Below, one piece after another: positions 11,855 through 23,167 of a stretch of 64,000 nucleotides of DNA. The DNA comes from Callorhinchus milii (Eukaryota). Position numbers and translations under genes: made by a program. The notes beneath the pieces are model-generated. The model was not told the origin of the DNA. It ran no database searches and worked only from the letters and a program-made list of their open reading frames with translations. Position 1 is the stretch's first letter, and each line of letters begins with the position of its first letter. The DNA lies in NCBI RefSeq assembly GCF_018977255.1, contig NW_024704743.1, forward strand, positions 110,114,001-110,178,000, given 5' to 3'.

Positions 11855-13579
11855 GTATGGGATTCTCGCCTGATGTTTGCTCATGAACAAGTTATCAGTT
11901 TAGGAATGTTTCACCATGCTCAGAATTTAAAACTTCCTTTTACGCAAAGACAATGTGTTTTTTGGGGGAAAACATTTTTTTGGGGGGGGAAAAAGACCAG
12001 AATGGTTGCGAGGAGGCTGCCTTACATGAGAAGTGCACACTGGAGAAAGATATCAGTGGTTAAGCGTCTTTTGAACCTTGCGTTAGAGGATCTTAACTTC
12101 AGGGATAGAAACATTTTGAGACATGCATCCACTATTGCCCTTGTGCATGTGGGCACTGGCCTTGGTTTGCAACCCCATTGCTCTTGCTACATGTGGGTTG
12201 GCGGGTTGGCGGACACAATCATAGAGAGATTAACAGCACAGAGGGAGGCCATTCTGCCCATCGTGTCTGTGATGGTGCTTGCTGCTCCACTCATGCTATT
12301 TCCTCATAATCCCATTTCCCTGCTCCTTCCCTCCCTTTGTACCTTATATTATTATTTTTCCCTCGAGTATTTAGCTCAAATGCTGTTGAGTACTGGCTTC
12401 AACAGCTATTTCAGCTTCGTTCTGCCAGCCTTCTGTGTAAGAGATATTTCCTTTTCTCTCCCTCGATCTTCCTCTGCCAATGTTGATCAGTTCATGTGAC
12501 CGAGATGGGGATTCAATATGGGGCCGGGGGAATCTCCTGGAGAATTTTTAATCTGACTATCTCGTCTGGTTAGGCCAATGTTCAGGGAAAGCTTCTGTCC
12601 GATTTGGGGTAAAATTTGCAGTATTCCTTATTTAATGTCGCAAAAAAAAAATACTCACAGGCATCTAGCAACACACCACTCCAGGTAAATAAATGGTTAC
12701 TTCCTTTCCGGGTCACAATACCTTGAATTCTCTTGAATGTCTGCTTGGTGCTTTTTAACTTTGTGAATATTAGGTCCTGCAAATGAACTGAATTATTAAT
12801 TTTCTTTATTTAAATATTTATTTCCCAGAAATCCCTCCTTAGCTAACGACTGGCATTTTATCTTACCGATCATCACCAGTGGCCTTAGCCCTCCCCATTG
12901 CTAACACAGTAATTTATTTGAACAAAGAGAGTGGGGATTATGGCTCCCGTCCACTCCCACCCAATCCCTGATAGAATGTCGCTGGGCAATATCTATCAAA
13001 ATAATTAACTCTAGGGCCCAAAATTTACAAAACCTAAAACTCCTCGCTATAAAATAAAATGGCAGACACTGCGATTGAAAGAGGAAGAGGTGTGCTTACA
13101 CCTCTACAGGGCATCATGGGATATAGTTAAGGAAGATTGCAAACTTTTCCTCATTATGTTTTTTCTCCCCATGTCCCACCTCCCTGATATTAGGGTGGTT
13201 GGGTGGGTGAAGTCCACAAATAGGGTAGATTTTGCCCCTGATGGTAGGAGTGGGCCTTTTTATATTCCGCGCTTTTCTTCTGTTCTTAAACTCTTGTGAA
13301 GAGACTGTGTTTGGTGTTTATTACAATGCAGAATGTTTTCCAGTAACAGAGATTGTAATAATGAGGTTCCTGTTGTACATGGGTTAAGATAACAGGAGAC
13401 TACAAAGGAAAGCAAGGACTTGACTGGACTGTTGGTGGCCCAAACTCTGCCGTACGAGTGGGGTGTAGGAGGACACCTGCATCACTAGCTGTGAGTGGCC
13501 TACCTTTTCTTTTCATTGAGACGCCAAGGTGCAGGGCCATGCCCGCAGTGCAGGCCAGTGCCGAGGTGCAGAAGATAAA

Positions 13580-13908
13580 GGGGTGTAAATTGCGACCTGC
13601 GAATGTGCCGATTAACACAGTGTTGATAAAGGCACATGGTCAACTCCTTATTCATCACCAGATGTGAATCGCTCTTTCCCTTCCCTCTCCCTCTAATTCA
13701 ATCTCAATGGTTGGTCAGTATCCCGCTAACCAGTACTCCTGTGCCTCGAGCCGGCAAGTCCATTGGGCGCCCGGCTAGATTTAAGCCTAACTACTGTAGT
13801 AAGAGGAAGAAGGAAGAGTGTGGACATGGGCAGCAACCCTTTGAAAATGTAGGATGTTTTGTTCAACATTGTGTTAATTGACACATCACAGGTCGCAATC
13901 TTTACCCC
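13580..13908. mobile_element. Candidate MITE with ~55-bp terminal inverted repeats
   Basis: 13580-13637 (ggggtgtaaattgcgacctgcgaatgtgccgattaacacagtgttga) versus the reverse complement of 13853-13908 (ggggtaaagattgcgacctgtgatgtgtcaattaacacaatgttga); non-coding interior. Confidence 0.7.
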
Positions 13909-16182
13909 AAGACGAGATAAGTTTGCCTATGCTACAATCCATATGATCTTGCACAAAACATGCTCCCAAATCCCTCTCTCCCTCCAATTCTTTCCCACCC
14001 TCCGCCCCCACCACCCCCCAACCGTGGCCTGTACTGTCTCGTCCAATATAAATCTAGCAGCTGGGGAGTAGATCTGGGTCAAATGTGGACTTATGTATCA
14101 GTAATTTGCTGAACCTGAAACCGACTTTAAAATGTAATGGACAGGACAGGACCCCACTCAGTGACTAGGAATGCCTGCCAAATACACAGCCACTACACTT
14201 TATAATAATAATGATAATCCTTGCATTTGATATAGTGCCTTATCATGTCTTCAAGACATCTCAAAGCGCTTCACAGAATATACTGTAAAGTGAATTGACT
14301 GTATATTTTGTGGGTGAAACTTTACAGTAAATTCTGTGAAGTGCTTTCAGACAACCTTCTAACTATATCAAATGCAAGTATTTATTCTTATTTACGTAGC
14401 CTTTTGAAACCTCCGGAATTAGAATTCATTCTTTAACTCTGAATTTGATCTTATTGTCATCCTCAAAAAAAATACAGGAAAAAAACAGCTTCAAAACAAA
14501 GGGCTGTATTTCAGAATTAGCCAAATTTTAGATGCTCAGAGACGTGACATAAACAGAGTGTATCTTGACCTAGGTGGGATTTGATAGTTTATTGGACAAC
14601 TAAACTAAAGTGGGTTCACCATGGTGATGGTGTGAACTCCACTGTGGCTGTTCCACAGTGCTTCCTTGTAGATGGCACGGAGGGGGTGGAATCGATCACC
14701 CTCTTAATAATAATCATCTAAGAATCGGGGATCTCATCCTTACGTCTTTGTGACAGGAAATTATGATTGTGGAGACATAATGTAAAGATTCCTTCTTTTA
14801 GGAAAGCATCTCCTTACCTGATACAGCCCCAGTGTGAAGATGGACCATAGACTCTTGGGCACCCTATTACCTAGTCACTTGTTTATTGGTGAGATTTGCC
14901 TAGTGGTGGCAGTGGACATGGGCTGATGATGAACCCACTAACCCCTCACCCCCGCCCTGCACCTTGCCTCTCCCCTTCCCCAGCCCCTACCATTTCATTG
15001 CTTTGTTTTTAGCAGTACATGCAACAACAATACACATTTATGTAGCACCTTTAACGTCGGGAGGATGTCTGTATTCACAACTGACTGGAAGTCCGAGCTG
15101 GGCGGTGGGCGAGGGAGGGAGTGGAGTGGAGTTGAAGAGGGGGAGAATGGAAAAGCTGCAAAAAGGGCGGTGGAAAAGATAGGTCTCAAGGTGGGTATTG
15201 AAGGCGGGGAGGAAGGGGAAAGTGAAATAAAATGAATTCATTGTTGTCCATCTGATTACTTGTTGCTGGGGGTAGAAGATCGTTGTTTTCAGCGATCACT
15301 GTATAAGATAGAATCTTCCCCCCCCTACACACACACATACCCCATTGTATCCTGTAGGCGAACAGGTGGAGGAGTGTGGACTTATCTTTTCCCAAAGGAG
15401 CAGCTTCTCAGTCTTCACCTACTTTTGCCTTAAAATTTGAGATCGGGCAAAATTTTGTTATGAATCCTTCAATTTTGTCTCGAATTTGAAGCTGTTGGAA
15501 AGAGACCGACTTCCAAACTGAGCCCCAATTAAACAATCTTCCACAATTCTGCGCTCCCTCAAAAAGGTCAAATTGGCCTGAAAAAATGCTCAGTGGTTGC
15601 AATCTGCACTGAATCTTGTGAAACATTTTGAGATGTTTCGATGACATGATCAGGCGCAGTGTCGAATGCAAGGATTACCATTTATGAATACAATATGGTC
15701 TTCAGGGTAAGACTAAGTTGAATTTCTGGTCTCAGGAGAGCAGCAGCTAGCATATGGGAGCTTGATCATGTCTCTTTGCCAGAGAATAAGTCAACTGGCA
15801 GGTTGACCACGACTCCTTTTCCTGAGTGACCCACCAGCTCTTTACTTCCAGTGTTGGTGAATTCTTCGAGGTGGGGTGGGGTAGAGAGGGAGAGATACAA
15901 ACTTGGTGGAGGATAAATTGCGCATCAACACCATGGGAAGGACAATGTCACTGCCACCAGCAGTAGCACCTTGTTAACTTGGTGTGATAGCAGTAACCGC
16001 CCAACATTGGGTAATTTACATGGTATTTACCCAGCTCAGACCACTGTTACCAGGGAAAATGAAGTCTGGCCTTCAACCTAGGCAAAGTGGTAAAGTGTGT
16101 GATAAAAATATCCCACAGCATTGTCTAACGTGATTACAAAACTCACATCTGTGACCTCCCCACACCCCCCTCAATTTTACAG

Positions 16183-16222
16183 ACCGATTTTGAAAAGGAC
16201 GTAGACATGGCATGTCGATCAG
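16183..16222 (+). CDS. ADGRB1: ADGRB1 small coding exon: TDFEKDVDMACRS(V)
   Basis: ttttacag acceptor, CAG|gtaagc donor, 40 nt, phase 0 to 1. Missing from the ORF track; read directly from the sequence. Confidence 0.95.
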
Positions 16223-16660
16223 GTAAGCCAATGTTTAGTTTTACCTCCAAAATACATAGTCACTGCACTTTTACATATCATGTGAAACTCTGAGATGTCC
16301 TCACGACATGAAAGGCGATGTAACAAATGCAAAGATTATTATCGTTCACAGAATATACAGACAATTCACTTCACAGTATATTCAGTGAAGCACTTTGTGA
16401 CGTCTCAAAGATGCAAGGATTATTATTACTATTTATTATAATGAGACAAAGGGCAGATTTCAAGATGATCAATTTATCACAATACACTACAAATTTACAT
16501 TTGTATAGTGCAAGAACATAAGGACAGAACCAGAAAAGACTTGCAGTTGATCCAGCCAGTCCCAAATACAGTATGATACTCGGTCTTAAAAAGAACACAA
16601 CGTGCAGCTTGTTATCTTGATAGTCCTGGAATGGAGGTGTGTAGATGTGGTAGATAGATG

Positions 16661-16972
16661 TGGAGCTCTGTAGCTCAGTGGTTAGAGCACTTGCTTTGCA
16701 AGCAAGAGACCTGGGTTCGATTCCCGGTAGGGTGAAACCTTGGGCAAGTTTCCTTACTCCACATGCCTGATAATAATTCCTCAAGAAAAAAAACAATAAT
16801 AAATTGGCCACTTCAATCCACGACTGTTTGTGGGACACTACTATGCGCAATTGGCTGCCTCATTTTTCACCCTCAAATATACAGTCAATTCATTTTACAG
16901 TCTTCTGTGAAGTGCTTTGAGACGTCTAGAAGACGTTAAAAGTGCTATATCAAATGCAAGGATTATTATTAT
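16661..16972 (+). mobile_element. tRNA-Ala-derived SINE (young short form)
   Basis: A box tagctcagtgg, TGC anticodon loop, B box gttcgattcc, 3' part of the Deu core, L2-like tail, (ATT)n. Confidence 0.9.
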
Positions 16973-17645
16973 TGATAGCACTGTCTGGCAATTTTCCTGC
17001 TACATCTCCAGGAAGGATCACCCTACCCATTAGGGCTTTGCATTTAGGGTTAACAGGAGCTATTCCCTACACCCAGTAAGCTGGCTACCCTCCAAGTCCT
17101 GCTGATAAGCCACTCTGGCTTGTCCAACAAGTTGCTAGTTTTAAAAAAAAACTTGCTTCTCTGGCTGAACCTTTGTCGCAGGGGAGCAGTAGTTAGCACA
17201 GGGAAGCTTAGTTGTGTTTCTTTGCAAGGGGAAAGCCCCATGTCAGAACTTTGAACTAATATTGTCTAGGCTGACAGTGAAGTGCTGGGGGAGCGCTGCT
17301 TTGTCAGAGATGTCTTTCAGATCAGTCGTTAAAATCAAGGTGCAGTCTACCTTTTCACGGGCAACTTGAAGATCCCATGGCACTACACAAAAAGTGAAAG
17401 GGGTTTCTCCCAGTGTCCTGGCCAACAATCCCCCAGATAAGATTGGTCATTCACTTCATGACTATCTGTGGACATTGCTGTGTGCAAATGGCTGCTGTGT
17501 TCACCTACAAAACACCTGAGTTGTCTTTTTGCACAGCCTGGATCTGACACTACGGGCGCGGACGTGTGTACGTGTGGGCGCGGATTTACTGCACTGAAGC
17601 TGTGTGACAGCGTTGGAGTTTGAGAAGCATTACACCCCAATTCCT

Positions 17646-17810
17646 ATCCCTCCCTCTCTCTCTCTCTCTCTCTCTCACACGCTCACACTCTCTCTCACAC
17701 GCTCACACTCACACACACTCTATTTCTCACACGCAGCCTGTCACGTACACACACACGCACACCATCTCTCACGCTCTCGTCCTCTCTTTCTCACCCACTC
17801 GCTCTCATTG
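17646..17810. repeat. Compound (CT)n/(CA)n microsatellite
   Basis: Visible directly. Confidence 0.9.
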
Positions 17811-18142
17811 TGGAGTCCTGTAGCTCAGTGGTTAGAGCACTCGCTTTGCAAGTGAGAGACCTGAGTTCAATTCCAGGCAGAGGGCGAAACCTTGGGCAAG
17901 TTTCCTTACTCCACACAGAGCCTAATAATAATCCCTCCAAAACCGAAAAAAAACAATAATAAATTGGTCATTTTCAATCTACGACTGTTTGTGGGACATT
18001 GCTGTGCGCAATTGGCTGCCGCGTTCACCCACAAATATACAGTCAATTCACTTTACAGTGTGTTCTGTGAGGCGCTTTGGGACGTCCTCCCGACGTGAAA
18101 AGCGCTATATCAAATGCAAGGATTATTATTATTATTATTATT
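17811..18142 (+). mobile_element. tRNA-Ala-derived SINE (young short form), ending ~18 nt before an ADGRB1 splice acceptor
   Basis: Full-length copy, highly similar to those at 27740, 29960, 43020, 48338 and 57644. Confidence 0.93.
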
Positions 18143-18161
18143 TGTGTCTCTCCATTTCCAG

Positions 18162-18805
18162 TTCTGAACAAGGACATCAACGCGGTGAGGACGGGGACCC
18201 TGACGGGAACCCTCAAGCGCTCGGGCGCCCAGGACAATGAGATGAAAGTCAAGTTCAACCTCGGGAAGAACTCGGGCTTCGCCACCCTGCCGGCCAATAT
18301 GTCCAAGATGCACATGCAGGGATCGTCCAACTACTCGGGCTCCCTGAACAAGAACGAGTTTGGCGATCACAGCCTGAAGCTGGATAAGAGTGAGAAGACC
18401 AGGTCCATATATATCTGCGACGGGGACATTTTCAAGCAGTTGGACTCAGATTTAGTCCGGGCGCAGGAACAAGTCATGGACGCCAACTACGTCATCTTGC
18501 CCACCAACTCCTCGACCTTGAGGGCCAAACCAAAAGACGATAGCAAATATAACATTAGCATCAGCCAGCTGCCCCAGACCAGGCTCATTCATCTCAATGC
18601 AGACAGCGGATTCTGTGCGAAAAACTCGCCAATGGACCACATTAACATTGCCTGCAATGAGAGAGGCTCCCCCGCCCACCAGACCCAGAATATCGGGAGC
18701 GACTCTCAGCTTCCCAACAACCTGGGCGACACGGGTGATTCTGGGAACTCGGGAATGGTGTCCAAGAGCGAGACAGTTTCCACGCTATCCGCAAGCTCCT
18801 TGGAG
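18162..18805 (+). CDS. ADGRB1: ADGRB1 large cytoplasmic-tail exon: (V)LNKDINAVRTGTLTGTLKR...YVILPTNSSTLRAKPK...QLPQTRLIHL...SKSETVSTLSASSLE
   Basis: ccatttccag acceptor, GAG|gtaggc donor, 644 nt, phase 1 to 0; lies inside ORF 18077..18817. Confidence 0.96.
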
Positions 18806-19224
18806 GTAGGCAACTGAAAGGGTGGCCCTGCAGAAGGGGTTGGTGGGGCCATTGTTTTAGAGAAAAAGGAAAAGAGGTATAGATGGCAGGCAGGAGAATA
18901 GAATGTTGAGTTGAGAGGAGCGAGTTGGTTAATAGGAGACTTGTAGCCTCCCAGCCTTCCCCCCCGCCAACCTGCTGTAAATATCTGTGATTCTGCTTTA
19001 GAGGGAAGGAGTTGTAGCTGTTTGTATTTCTTAAGAAATCAGCTTTTAGCTTCCTCTTTCCCCCCACCCCCCATGCTGCTACTTGTTTGGTCACCCAAGT
19101 TTGTGGGAACCTATCACTCTGCTTGAAAGTATCCAAACCAGACCAGAGTTCCACATGTATATCCCACCTACACATGGTTCCACATATGTATAGAATTTTT
19201 CCTTTGTCTGGAATGCAGTATACA

Positions 19225-19306
19225 CAAGGAAACTTGCCCTGCCGGGAATCAAACCCAGGTCTCTAGCTTGCGAGGCAAGTGCTCTAACTATTGAACGCAG
19301 GACTCC
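19225..19306 (-). mobile_element. SINE tRNA-head fragment
   Basis: Reverse complement of the ggagtcc...gttagagcacttgc...gggcaagtttcctt head. Confidence 0.75.
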
Positions 19307-19484
19307 GATATCGTAAGGACTACTATACAGTATTACAGTAGTATAGTACTATTGCCTAGTGAAATCGGTCAATAAATTTATGCTTTTTAACCTTAAACTT
19401 ACCATCACTGCTGTGCAAAGCAAGTAACAAAGCAGGTGGTACGTGCTGCAAGGGGTAGAGAGACAATGCCAAGAATGACCTGTG

Positions 19485-20070
19485 GCCCGTCTCTGCCAAT
19501 ACCTCTTCCCAAAAGCTGCTGAAAACCTGGTCTATGCCTTTGTCACCTCTCGGGTGGACTACTCTAATGCCCTCCTCACTGGATAAAACTCTGCGCCCAC
19601 ATTCTCACCTGCACGAAACTCCGCTCCCCAATCACCCCAGTCCTTGCCAGATTGCACTGGCTGCCTATCCCAGAGAGGATCAATTTCAAGATCCTCACCC
19701 TTGTATTCAAGTCCCTGCACTCCTCTGCAACCCCCTACCTCTCTGACCTCCTCTCTCCTCAAAACTGTACCCGTTGCCTTCGTTCCTCCGGGTCTGGCCT
19801 CCTCCTCGTCCCCCGAGTCCTCCGCTCCACCCTCGACAGCCGTGCCTTCAGCCACTCTGCCCCGAGGCTCTGGAATTGCCTTCCTCACTCCCTTTGCCTC
19901 GCTCCCTCCCTTCCCATTTTCAGGTCTCTGCTGAAGACCTTTCTTTTTGACCGAGCCTTTGGTGAACCTTCCTCCCCCTCCCCCTGGCTCGGTCCCGGGA
20001 TCCGTTACTGTGAAGTGCTCTGAGAGGCCGTCCGGCGTGGAGGGCGCTATATAAATCAAAGTTGTTGTTG
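19485..20070 (+). mobile_element. L2 LINE, 5'-truncated (subfamily B)
   Basis: [24 protein letters not shown]...LKTFLFD; (TTG)n tail; very similar to the copy at 3998-4612. Confidence 0.92.
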
Positions 20071-20249
20071 GAACGCTTCCTCCCCACCTCTCTCGTGCAC
20101 ACACACACACAAACTTGTTAGTTAAAGGGTAGAATCATCAGGAATAGATAACTGTCAAATTTTATTCTAACAGCGATAATAATCATTGCCTTTGATGTAA
20201 CGCTTTACCACATTGTTAGAATGTTAGTTAAAGGGTAGAATCAACAGGA

Positions 20250-20793
20250 ACAGCATTACCGTCCATGGATGCACTCTACACCTCACGGAGCCAATAAGGA
20301 ACCTCAACGTCCTGTTCGGCCCTCAATTGTCCTTCAATCCCCAACATCCTTGCCTTTCCCCACCTCCGCAAGATTGCCTGGCTCCGCCAATGTCTCTCAT
20401 CCCAGGCCGCCAATACCCTCTTCCACGCATTCATTACATCAAGGCTCAACTACGCAAACTCCCTGCTTGTCGGCTTCCCTAACTCCTACCTCCACAGGCT
20501 GCAGATCATCCAGAACTCTGCAGCCCGTGACCTCTCCTGCATCAGGCTCTGCAACCCTATCACTCCCACTGGCCCCCATCATTCAAAGGATACAGTTCAA
20601 GATCCTGGTCCTCACCTTCAAAGTCCTCCATGGCCTCGCTCCTCCCTACATCTGCGACTTCCTAACCCCCTACCAACCTGTCCACTCCCTCCGCTCAGCA
20701 GGTTCCGGTCTGCTTCATGTCCTCCTGATTGTCCAGAGCCTTGGGACGTCCGCCTGATGTGAAAGGCACTATGCAAATGTAATTTGTTGTTGT
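20250..20793 (+). mobile_element. L2 fragment (subfamily A) with internal deletions
   Basis: SITVHGCTLHLT...RIQFKILVLTFKVLHGLAP plus tail. Confidence 0.85.
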
Positions 20794-21535
20794 CAAATTT
20801 TATTCTAACAATAATAATAATCATTGCCTTTGATGTAGCGCTTTACCACATTGTTAGAATGTCTTAAAGCATCTTCAGGATTTTGCTGTACAGTGTAGTG
20901 ATTATGTATTTGTCCAGTTCTGGTTGGGGAGGGGACCCCATAGAGGTGCATAAGATCCTAAAGGGGTTAGAAAAAGTTAATTGTTTTACTTTGGGGTTGA
21001 CCAAAAGACTGTCAAATGATCTTTTCTGGATCTCTGCATTCCTATGTTTGCCACATAACCCCTACTTGCAATGCAATACACAATACAATCTACATTCATA
21101 TTGTCAGGAGGATGTCTCAAAGCTTCCGTTCCTTGGCACAAGCGATAATTTTACATTGATCAGTAGAAGTACCCTATTGCTTCAGTCTAAAATCTTACCG
21201 TGGAGATGGCTGTACTTTCACATAGGCCAAGAGGGCACAGGTTCTGGGATAGAATGGCAGTTTCAGGGCATATAGTACCTGAAAGCGGATCAACAGCTGG
21301 GATAGATGTTACCAGGAAGGGATGGTTGAGGCTAAGATGCTGTGACTCGTTTTAAGAAATGGCTCATTACTGCGATGGTAAGGTGGGTAGTCTGGAAGAA
21401 TGAGATCAATTAAGCGAAGTGTCTTCTTCACCCAAATCTTTGTTTTGTGATTTTATGTTCTTTTTAATGATCAAAGGAGGAATAATCCCCCAACAAGTGC
21501 ACCTCTAGTAATTGTTATTTGCTTTCTCTTTGCAG

Positions 21536-21571
21536 AGAAGGAAATCTAGGTACGCTGAATTAGATTTCGAG
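21536..21571 (+). CDS. ADGRB1: ADGRB1 36-nt exon: RRKSRYAELDFE
   Basis: ctttgcag acceptor, GAG|gtgagc donor, phase 0-0; conserved BAI motif. Confidence 0.96.
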
Positions 21572-21763
21572 GTGAGCCAATTCCCTTTGTCTCACACAGA
21601 CAGTTAACATTCGTTGGCATAAACATATTAATGTATTTCTGCCTACCTCCCCTACTTTCACTTCAAAGTAACCCTTTCTCTTTTTCTCTCTCCTCCCCCT
21701 CTCCCAATGCCTCTGACCCGCACCACCCACACCTCCCCCCAATTTTCTGTCTTCCTTCCTCAG

Positions 21764-21868
21764 AAAATTATGCACACAAGAAAACGGCACCAGGACATGT
21801 TTCAGGATCTAAACAGGAAACTACAGCATGCCGAAAAAGTGAGAGAGTCTCCAACAGTAGAGAATAAA
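21764..21868 (+). CDS. ADGRB1: ADGRB1 exon with ELMO-binding helix: [35 protein letters not shown]
   Basis: cttcctcag acceptor, AAA|gtaagt donor, 105 nt, phase 0-0; contains the RKR motif. Confidence 0.96.
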
Positions 21869-22619
21869 GTAAGTCCCCCATATCATAAGTTACAATTACC
21901 TGAGTTAACCTGAGCCAGCTCAGCTCCAAGGAGACCCCACTCTCCTCTCTCCTCCCACCCCAAGGTTGCCAGTATCCCAAATCTGTACCATGTTCAATTT
22001 TTCAGACTTAATGATGACGTTTTTAAGCCTGGTGGCATTTTGGAGCCTCTGGTTTGCTAATAGCCATCGTCTATTGGTTTGCTGTTTGATGCCTTCTGGC
22101 TCTTAATCGCTCAACCCTTCCCCACTTAGCTCCTTTGTAGCAGTTTGTCATCGTCATCAGAGGTGCACAGAGGTTTTAATTCTTAGAACCAACATCAACT
22201 TGCATTTATATAGCGCCCTTCACGTGGGGTGCATCTCGGAGCACTTGACATTGGCGGAGCTTGACGACAAGCTGGGGAGAAAGGGGAGGCGATTGTTGGC
22301 ACAGTCGAAGAGAAAAGTCTTCAGGTGCGATCTGAAGGCAGACCAAGAAGAGGCAAGGCAGAGGTATCGAGTACTCATTCTCCATTCTCTTCCACACAAT
22401 AGGTAGCGAAACGGTGGAGTGTTTCATCAGCTGGAAGTGATAAAACCAATCTCAGCGTAAGTATGGTCTGCACTACCCAAGCCTAACAACAACAACAAAT
22501 TACATGTGTATAGTGCATTTCACATCGGGAGGATGTCCCAAGGTGCTTGACATTCAGGGATTCAAAGCTTTGCTGTACAGGGAGAGGTGGGGGTTGGGCG
22601 AGAGGGCAGCAATAGCATT

Positions 22620-23167
22620 TCACAGAAATGCAGCCCGTATCCTCTCCCACACTAGGCTCCTCAATCCTATCACCCCCACACTTGCTCAACTCCCCTGGCT
22701 TCCCATCACACAGAGGATATAGTTCAAGATCCTGGTCCTCACCTTCAAAGCCCTCCACGGTCAAGTGGTTCTAACCTTCAAAGCCCCCCCACCTTCAAAG
22801 CCCCCCCCTACCTCTGCGACCTCCTAAGCCCCTACCATCCTACTTGCTCCCTCCGCTCTGGGCTCCAGCCTGCTTCACATCCCCCGCCTCGCTCGCCCCG
22901 CTATTGGCGGGTGGGCCTTCGACCATTCTGCCCCCACCCTCTGGAACTCCATCCAGCAATCCCTCCACCTCGCCACCTCCCTTGCCACCATCAAGACCCA
23001 TCTCAAGACCCTCCTCTTCGACTGTGCTTTTGATCTCCCTGCTTCCCTCACTGCCTTCCACCCTCCCTGACCCTGAGCTCGGGTCCATAACTCTGTCTTT
23101 CCAGTGCTTTGGGACGTCCTCCTGATGTGAAAGACGCTTTACAAATGTAATTTTGCTGTTGTTGTTG
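22620..23167 (+). mobile_element. L2 fragment (subfamily A)
   Basis: NAARILSHTRLLNPITPTLAQLPWLPITQRI; tail ending in (TTG)n. Confidence 0.88.

Noticed and set aside
11558..12499. 313-aa ORF as a standalone gene
   Set aside because: Only 11759-11854 is a real exon; the rest is an L2 tail, a CT tract and intron that happen to be open.
17811..17885. tRNA-Ala(TGC) gene, here and at the other ggagtcctgtagctcagtgg copies
   Set aside because: These are SINE heads: no proper acceptor stem and always fused to the same body and (ATT)n tail.
21839..21844. Internal alternative donor AAA|gtgaga in exon 21764-21868
   Set aside because: It would be in frame, but the downstream gtaagt donor is stronger and matches the homologous exon length; no evidence of use.
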